DNA of 64,000 nucleotides from Dehalococcoidia bacterium. Its GTDB lineage: Bacteria; Chloroflexota; Dehalococcoidia; Lucifugimonadales; UBA3495. The position numbers were made by a program, and so were the translations under genes. This document shows, in pieces, positions 57,758-64,000 of this stretch; the stretch's first letter is position 1, and the number at the start of each line of letters is the position of its first letter. The stretch covers positions 609,479-673,478 of the forward strand of contig OZ219748.1 of NCBI GenBank assembly GCA_964291335.2. Reading direction: 5' to 3'. Below the pieces are notes generated by a model. The model saw only the letters and a list, made by a program, of their open reading frames with translations, was not told where the DNA came from and searched no databases.

Positions 57758-57795
57758 TAAAAAAAGAGCAACCGCTGCGGCTATTTGGCGGTTGC
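57758..57795 (-). terminator. Intrinsic terminator acting as the riboswitch expression platform
   Basis: On the - strand: GCAACCGC, a 12-nt loop, GCGGTTGC, followed by TCTTTTTTTATT. It lies between the TPP aptamer and the thiG start. Confidence 0.7.
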
Positions 57796-57807
57796 TACCG
57801 GTTGACG

Positions 57808-57905
57808 TCTTTTCCCTACGCCGGCATTACCCGGATCAGGTATAGACGGTCGGCGGCGACTTTCGGCCACCCTCTCAGCCTGGCTTGCCCAAGCTCCCGC
57901 CAGAA
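57808..57905 (-). promoter_or_regulatory. TPP (THI-box) riboswitch aptamer
   Basis: The - strand reads ...CTGAGAgggtggccgaaagtcgccgccgaccgtctatACCTGATCCGGGTAATGCCGGCGTAGGGAaaag. This matches the conserved CUGAGA and ACCUGAUCUGGAUAAUGCCAGCGUAGGGA cores, upstream of thiG. Confidence 0.88.
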
Positions 57906-58003
57906 CAACTATATGCTCAGTCTTGGTAATACTCTAGCACGGCGAGGAACAGTTCGTCAAACCGCCGGGCGCCGGCGCCCGGCGGTAAGTCAGCCCCCGA
58001 TTT

Positions 58004-58678
58004 TCAGAGTTCATACTCCTTCAAATCGGGGGAGGCGACCAGCGGCGCCCCGGTGAGTTCCTGAACCTCTTCCACCGTCCACCCGGGAGCAATCTCTTGC
58101 AGCAGCAACCCCTTCGGCGCCGGCTGCATTACCGCCAGGTCAGTAACAATCAGGGACACACAGGCCTTGCCGGTAATGGGGTAAGTGCATTGTTGAACGA
58201 CTTTTGGCCGGTTCTGGCGATCCGTATGCTCCATGGCAACTATGACCTGCCTGGCCCCGGCCGCCAGGTCCATTGCGCCTCCAATGTTGCCGACCCCTCG
58301 TTCCGGAAGCATCCAGTTGGCCAGGTCTCCCGTGGCCGAGACCTGATGGGCGCCCAGAACGGTTACATCCACGTGGCCGCCCCGAATCATGGCGAACCCT
58401 TCCACCGTACTGAAGTAGGCCATGCCGGGAACCGGCAGCAGAAACTGCCCCCCGGCATTAATCAGGTCAATATCCTGGTCAGCTTCAGTTTCGGCCAAAG
58501 GGCCGCAGTTAAGCACGCCGCTTTCGCTGTGATAGAAGACCATGCGGCCTTCGGGTATGAAAGTGGAAACCAGCGTCGGAATGCCAATGCCCAGGTTGAC
58601 GAAGCCACCATCAGGCAGTTCCCTGGCCACGCGCATGGCGATTACTTCCCGGCTCAGCCGTTCCTTTTCCGATACCAT
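58004..58678 (-). CDS. CoA transferase subunit B (3-oxoacid CoA-transferase family I)
   Basis: REVIAMRVARELPDGGFVNLGIGIPTLV and SESGVL (catalytic Glu context). The start is taken at ATG 58678. The track ORF extends to 58747. Confidence 0.85.
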   Translation of the reverse strand: MVSEKERLSREVIAMRVARELPDGGFVNLGIGIPTLVSTFIPEGRMVFYHSESGVLNCGPLAETEADQDIDLINAGGQFLLPVPGMAYFSTVEGFAMIRGGHVDVTVLGAHQVSATGDLANWMLPERGVGNIGGAMDLAAGARQVIVAMEHTDRQNRPKVVQQCTYPITGKACVSLIVTDLAVMQPAPKGLLLQEIAPGWTVEEVQELTGAPLVASPDLKEYEL

Positions 58679-58763
58679 CAACCCCGGCACCTCACAATTA
58701 GAGTTGCGCCCTCGGCCAATCAAACCCGCCCGGCCGGCCCGGCTCAAAGCCTTTCCGGGGCGG

Positions 58764-60140
58764 TTACTCGTAGGCGGAAAAACCCTCCGGTCGGACCACT
58801 ATACGATCAATATAAACGCCCGGGGTAACGATAAGTTCCGGGTCCAGGGCGCCGGCTGGCAGAACTTCGTCCACTTCCACCACCGTAACCCGGGCTGCCG
58901 GGGCCATGACCGCATTGAAATTGCGCGACGTACCCCGGTAAACCACGTTGCCCAGGGTATCGGCCTGCTGCCCGCGAATCAGACAGAAGTCGGCGGTAAG
59001 CGCTTCCTCCAGGATATATTCCCGGCCGTCAATAACCCGCCGTTCCTTCCCTTCAGCAACCAGTGTGCCGACGCCGGTAGGCGTGTAAAAGGCTGCAATG
59101 CCGGCCCCACCGGCCCTGAGCCGTTCCGCCAAAGTACCCTGAGGCACCAGTTCCAGGGCCACTTCACCCCGGCGGTAGGCCAGCTCAAAGGAACTGGGAC
59201 GGGAAGCGGACGGAGATACCGGGTAGGTGGCAATGGCCCTGGCCACCTGGCCGTTATCAATCAGGATGGAATGGTCAATCGCCAGCCGGCCCGGGGGAGT
59301 GCCAAAGTTTACCGCGCGGGCAATTCCGGCTGTGTTGCTGATGATGGTAAGCCCTCCGATTCCCAGATCCCGCAGAGTTACCAGCAAATAATGCGCCATG
59401 CCGCCAGGCCCGCCAAACCCGTCAATCATCACCGTGGCCCCTTCCGGCAAGTCTTCTATCGCCGTCCGCCCGTCGGGGTAAAGTTTGTTGGGTCGCTCCC
59501 CGCCCGATGGCGAGGCATTCGGGTTAATTTCCTTCAATGCCGGGGCAATGCTTACCGGAGCGCCGGTAAGCGCAACTACATCCCCGGCGCGCCAGCCGGG
59601 GGCCACTTCGGTCAAAACCAGGCCTAGGGGGGAAACCTCCAGCACTGCCAGGTCGGTAACGATTAAATCCACGCAACGGCAGCCATCAACCAGGGGCAGG
59701 GCATCGGCTACCAGGTTAGGCCGGTCGTCGTGTCCAGTGTGGGACAGCATGGCAATCACCCGCCCGGCGGAGGCCAGGTTCACCGCCGAACCGGGGGCGA
59801 ATACGCCGGGGGTTCCCGCAGTAGTCCAGCCGGTAAAATCGCCGCGGCCGTTAACCCGGGCAGGCTGAATCACCGCCACGTCCACGTGACCGCCTCGCCA
59901 CATTCCGGCGACATCGGCCAAGCCGGCAATGAAAGCCCCCGGCGTCAGAACCGGCGCACCCGAGCTCCCGATTCGGTAGCCCAAAGCGCCGCTTGCGGAG
60001 AGCAGCTGATATGCCGCGGACGGGGACGTTACCTGCGCCACCCCGTCGGGCAGGCCCTCACCCAGCGCCACCACCGCGCCAGGGGGCAATTCGGCGACCA
60101 CCCGCCGGGACATCTCCAGCACGTCCAGTTTAGCCGGCAT
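58764..60140 (-). CDS. Fused CoA transferase: subunit-B-like N-terminal half joined to subunit-A C-terminal half
   Basis: Residues about 1-215 resemble subunit B (IVTDLAVLEVSPLGLVLTEVAPGW compared with IVTDLAVMQPAPKGLLLQEIAPGW in the 58004 gene), but the SESG Glu context is not evident. Residues about 225-458 are subunit A (MIDGFGGPGGMAHYL...TLAERLRAGGAGIAAFYTPTG). Confidence 0.7.
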   Translation of the reverse strand: MPAKLDVLEMSRRVVAELPPGAVVALGEGLPDGVAQVTSPSAAYQLLSASGALGYRIGSSGAPVLTPGAFIAGLADVAGMWRGGHVDVAVIQPARVNGRGDFTGWTTAGTPGVFAPGSAVNLASAGRVIAMLSHTGHDDRPNLVADALPLVDGCRCVDLIVTDLAVLEVSPLGLVLTEVAPGWRAGDVVALTGAPVSIAPALKEINPNASPSGGERPNKLYPDGRTAIEDLPEGATVMIDGFGGPGGMAHYLLVTLRDLGIGGLTIISNTAGIARAVNFGTPPGRLAIDHSILIDNGQVARAIATYPVSPSASRPSSFELAYRRGEVALELVPQGTLAERLRAGGAGIAAFYTPTGVGTLVAEGKERRVIDGREYILEEALTADFCLIRGQQADTLGNVVYRGTSRNFNAVMAPAARVTVVEVDEVLPAGALDPELIVTPGVYIDRIVVRPEGFSAYE

Positions 60141-60186
60141 TCTGACCGCACATGCTCCAAAAAAACGCAGCGACCAAGCAAGGCCG

Positions 60187-60888
60187 CTACCCGCTGGCTA
60201 CTACCCGATTGACAAAAATGCCCGGAGTTATAACAGCCTCCGGGTTCAAGCCACCCGGCGGCACCACCTGATCCGCCTCGGCTATGGTAAGTTTGGCCGC
60301 CATAGCCATCACCGGCCCCCAATTCCGGCCAACGCTTTGATATATCAGGTTGCCCAGGGTATCGGCAACGGCTGCTTTAATCAGCGCCAGGTCGGCCTTT
60401 AAGGGCAGCTCCAGCAGGGCTTCCCGGTTACCGAATGTTCGCTTTTCCCGGCCCGCCGCAAAGCGAGTGCCGACAGCGTCAGGCAGGAAAACCCCGCCAA
60501 TGCCGGCTCCGCCGGCTCTGAGCCTTTCCGCCAGAACGCCCATGGGAACCACTTCAACTTCCAGTTCGCCCGACTGCCAGCGTTCCTCGATGACACCGCC
60601 CGGCCCGGGGAGCCACGGCAACGGGGAAATCAGCTTTCTGACTTGCCCGTTGGCTACCAGCCGGGCTACGCCGCCGGTGGAATCCGCCGAACAAACACAG
60701 GTCAACCGGCCAATACCGCTATCTGCCAGAGCCTGCAAAAGACGCCGGGGCGCTCCGGCTCCGGCAAAGCCGGCAACCAGCACCGTCGCTTCATCAGAGA
60801 CGCCGGACAAGGCGGATTCGGCTGAAGGGTAAACTTTCCCTGGGCCCAACGCTGCCTCCCTAAAGAGTTTCGAGTATTTTACCAGCAA
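60187..60888 (-). CDS. CoA transferase subunit A
   Basis: VLVAGFAGAGAPRRLL...VLAERLRAGGAGIGGVFLP...LIKAAVADTLGNLIY are typical subunit-A motifs. Confidence 0.8.
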   Translation of the reverse strand: MLVKYSKLFREAALGPGKVYPSAESALSGVSDEATVLVAGFAGAGAPRRLLQALADSGIGRLTCVCSADSTGGVARLVANGQVRKLISPLPWLPGPGGVIEERWQSGELEVEVVPMGVLAERLRAGGAGIGGVFLPDAVGTRFAAGREKRTFGNREALLELPLKADLALIKAAVADTLGNLIYQSVGRNWGPVMAMAAKLTIAEADQVVPPGGLNPEAVITPGIFVNRVVASG

Positions 60889-61013
60889 TCGGGTCGGCCG
60901 TCATTTTGGCAAACGGTATTGCGGACTTTCAACTGGCCGATTCGCTGCTGCATTACCGGCAACATCCGCTGCTAAAACACTGTGCCGGAAACCGGCCTGC
61001 GCTGCCGGGCGGC

Positions 61014-61049
61014 GGCAAAATACTACCGCCCCGACAATTCGGGGCGGTA
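61014..61049 (-). terminator. Intrinsic terminator downstream of groEL
   Basis: On the - strand: TACCGCCCCGA, loop attg, TCGGGGCGGTA, followed by GTATTTTG. Confidence 0.65.
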
Positions 61050-61080
61050 ATCAGAGGTTGCCGGCAAAGGTATGCCCGGG

Positions 61081-62739
<1,659 letters not shown>

Positions 62740-62790
62740 CTATGGATAAGCCCTGCCAACCGCGTGGCAAGGGCTGGCCGGCGGTTCCGG

Positions 62791-63081
62791 TCAGGAAACC
62801 CTGGCGAGAACGTCGCTCTCCCGCATAATCAGGTACTCGTCGTCGCCGTCCTTATACTCGGTGCCGGCAAACTTGGAATAGATGACCCGGTCGCCCACGC
62901 TCAACTCCATGGGAATCCGGCTGCCATCATCGGTGGCCCGGCCCGGCCCTACGGCAATAACTTCCCCTTCCTGGGGCTTCTCTTTGGCGGTATCGGGCAG
63001 GAAAATACCGCCCCGGGTGGTCTGTTCCTGTTCAATGGGCTTGATTATGATCCGCTCCCCTAATGGAGCAAAATTAGACAT
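62791..63081 (-). CDS. groES: Co-chaperonin GroES
   Basis: [42 protein letters not shown]. Confidence 0.95.
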   Translation of the reverse strand: MSNFAPLGERIIIKPIEQEQTTRGGIFLPDTAKEKPQEGEVIAVGPGRATDDGSRIPMELSVGDRVIYSKFAGTEYKDGDDEYLIMRESDVLARVS

Positions 63082-63136
63082 GGTATCTACTTAATCCCTC
63101 CTTTGTTTATCTGATTTCCCCGTCGATTACATCGGT

Positions 63137-63163
63137 TTAGCAGTCGCAACTGGAGACTGCTAA
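63137..63163. promoter_or_regulatory. CIRCE operator (HrcA binding site) upstream of groES-groEL
   Basis: TTAGCAGTC-N9-GACTGCTAA compares with the consensus TTAGCACTC-N9-GAGTGCTAA. It is a perfect 9-bp inverted repeat 56 nt upstream of groES. Confidence 0.85.
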
Positions 63164-63262
63164 TTCATCCTAATCAAGGTTCAGCCGCTTGTCAAGAGAC
63201 GGGCTGCCACTTACCATGTAGCCGAGCAGCTGACTCCAGGCCTCCCGGCGAAGGTGGAACCC

Positions 63263-64000
63263 GTGTTCGTTACGCCTCCATACCGGTTCATTTCCTGCAC
63301 GCTGCCCTCTGCGGGCCGCGGGACCGCTACCCTTACCCTGAACCGACCGGAAACCGGCAACGCTATCGATGCGGAACTGGCCGAGGAGTTTCGCCATTCC
63401 TGCGGGCTGCTTAACGAAACCGACCGCTGCCGGCTGCTGGTGGTTGCCGCTGCCGGAAACTGCTTTTCGGTAGGCCGGCAGCCATTGGGCAACATTGATC
63501 CGGCAGCGCCTGGAGAGTTCTCCACGACCGGGGCCGCTGACGCTATGCGCCCGCTCCAGGTGGCCGACGCCCTGGCCGCCCTGAATATACCGGTAATCGT
63601 GGCGCTGAACGGCGATGCCATCGGCCACGGCCTGGAACTGGCCCTGGCCGGCGACTTGCGAATCGCGGCAACCAATGCCCGTTTTGCTCTGTCCGGCCCG
63701 GGTATGCCGGCCTTCCCCTGGGACGGCGGCACGCAGCGGCTGCCCCGCCTCATTGGCCCCGCCTGGGCCCTGGACCTGGCCTTGACCGGCCGGGCCGTGG
63801 CTGCGGAGCCGGCCTTGACCCTGGGGCTGGTCAACCGGGTCGTGCCGCCGGACTTGCTGCTGGAAGAAACCGAGAGGCTGGCCGATTCCATCCTGGCCGG
63901 TGGGCCTATCGCTGCCCGCTACGTCAAGGAAGCGGTCAACCACGGTCTGGACTTAACCTTGCACCAGGGCCTGCAACTGGAGGCCGACCTGAGTCTTTTG
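63263..64000 (+). CDS. Enoyl-CoA hydratase/isomerase (crotonase) family protein; 3' end runs off the window
   Basis: Absent from the ORF track because there is no stop in the window. Manual translation from GTG 63263 (GAAGGTGG upstream) gives ...TLTLNRPETGNAIDAELAEEF...IVALNGDAIGHGLELALAGDLRIAATNARF...GGTQRLPRLIGPAWALDLALTGR. The frame is open to 64000. The two listed minus-strand ORFs here are antisense artefacts. Confidence 0.8.
   Translation, partial: MFVTPPYRFISCTLPSAGRGTATLTLNRPETGNAIDAELAEEFRHSCGLLNETDRCRLLVVAAAGNCFSVGRQPLGNIDPAAPGEFSTTGAADAMRPLQVADALAALNIPVIVALNGDAIGHGLELALAGDLRIAATNARFALSGPGMPAFPWDGGTQRLPRLIGPAWALDLALTGRAVAAEPALTLGLVNRVVPPDLLLEETERLADSILAGGPIAARYVKEAVNHGLDLTLHQGLQLEADLSLL

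Noticed and set aside
63170-63943. Two listed minus-strand ORFs, 257 aa and 226 aa.
   Set aside because: The plus strand encodes a clear crotonase-family protein (GHGLELALAGDLRIA, GGTQRLPRLIG). That ORF is unlisted only because it has no stop within the window.

Overview
GC-rich (about 60% by eye, not computed), gene-dense bacterial chromosomal window. The gene content fits a Chloroflexota-like monoderm: class V FBP aldolase/phosphatase, F420 biosynthesis genes and Thr/Pro-rich surface proteins. This taxonomic guess is inference only. Most of the window is housekeeping. It contains aspS, a cofG-cofH-cofD-cofC F420 cluster with an LLM oxidoreductase and fabI, and ruvB. It also contains yloV-degV-recG, uvrB, ruvA-ruvC-yebC, rpsP-KH-rimM, fmt, etfBA and panC. 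Further along are an Fe(III)-type ABC transporter, thiG-thiE-thiS behind a TPP riboswitch, tandem CoA-transferase genes, and groES-groEL behind a CIRCE operator. Two edge-truncated genes missing from the ORF track were recovered by hand: an HtrA-like protease at 1-868 (-) and a crotonase-family gene at 63263-64000 (+). The unusual part is 16.5-29.9 kb. Two divergently oriented paralogous surface-protein genes (Fn3 domains, 30-bp-period Thr/Pro repeats, C-terminal TM anchor) share a leader ([10 protein letters not shown]), a promoter-like module and a long poly(C) tract in the 5' coding region. The tract is C24 and in frame in one copy, and C14 and one base out of frame in the other. Around them lie a 60-bp-period CRISPR-like mini-array whose first unique segment looks like a type I-E repeat, an inverted copy of the array unit, and a zinc-ribbon transposase-like relic. 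An OmpR-type regulator with a degenerate receiver and a duplicated 3' gene fragment are also present. Other items of interest are a HerA-like ATPase with a translationally coupled 200-aa partner, an unassigned structured intergenic region next to rpsP and fmt, a split DUF1445/DUF4392 pair, a fused CoA-transferase gene and a probable CTG start for aspS. No rRNA, tRNA, intact mobile element or cas gene was recognised.
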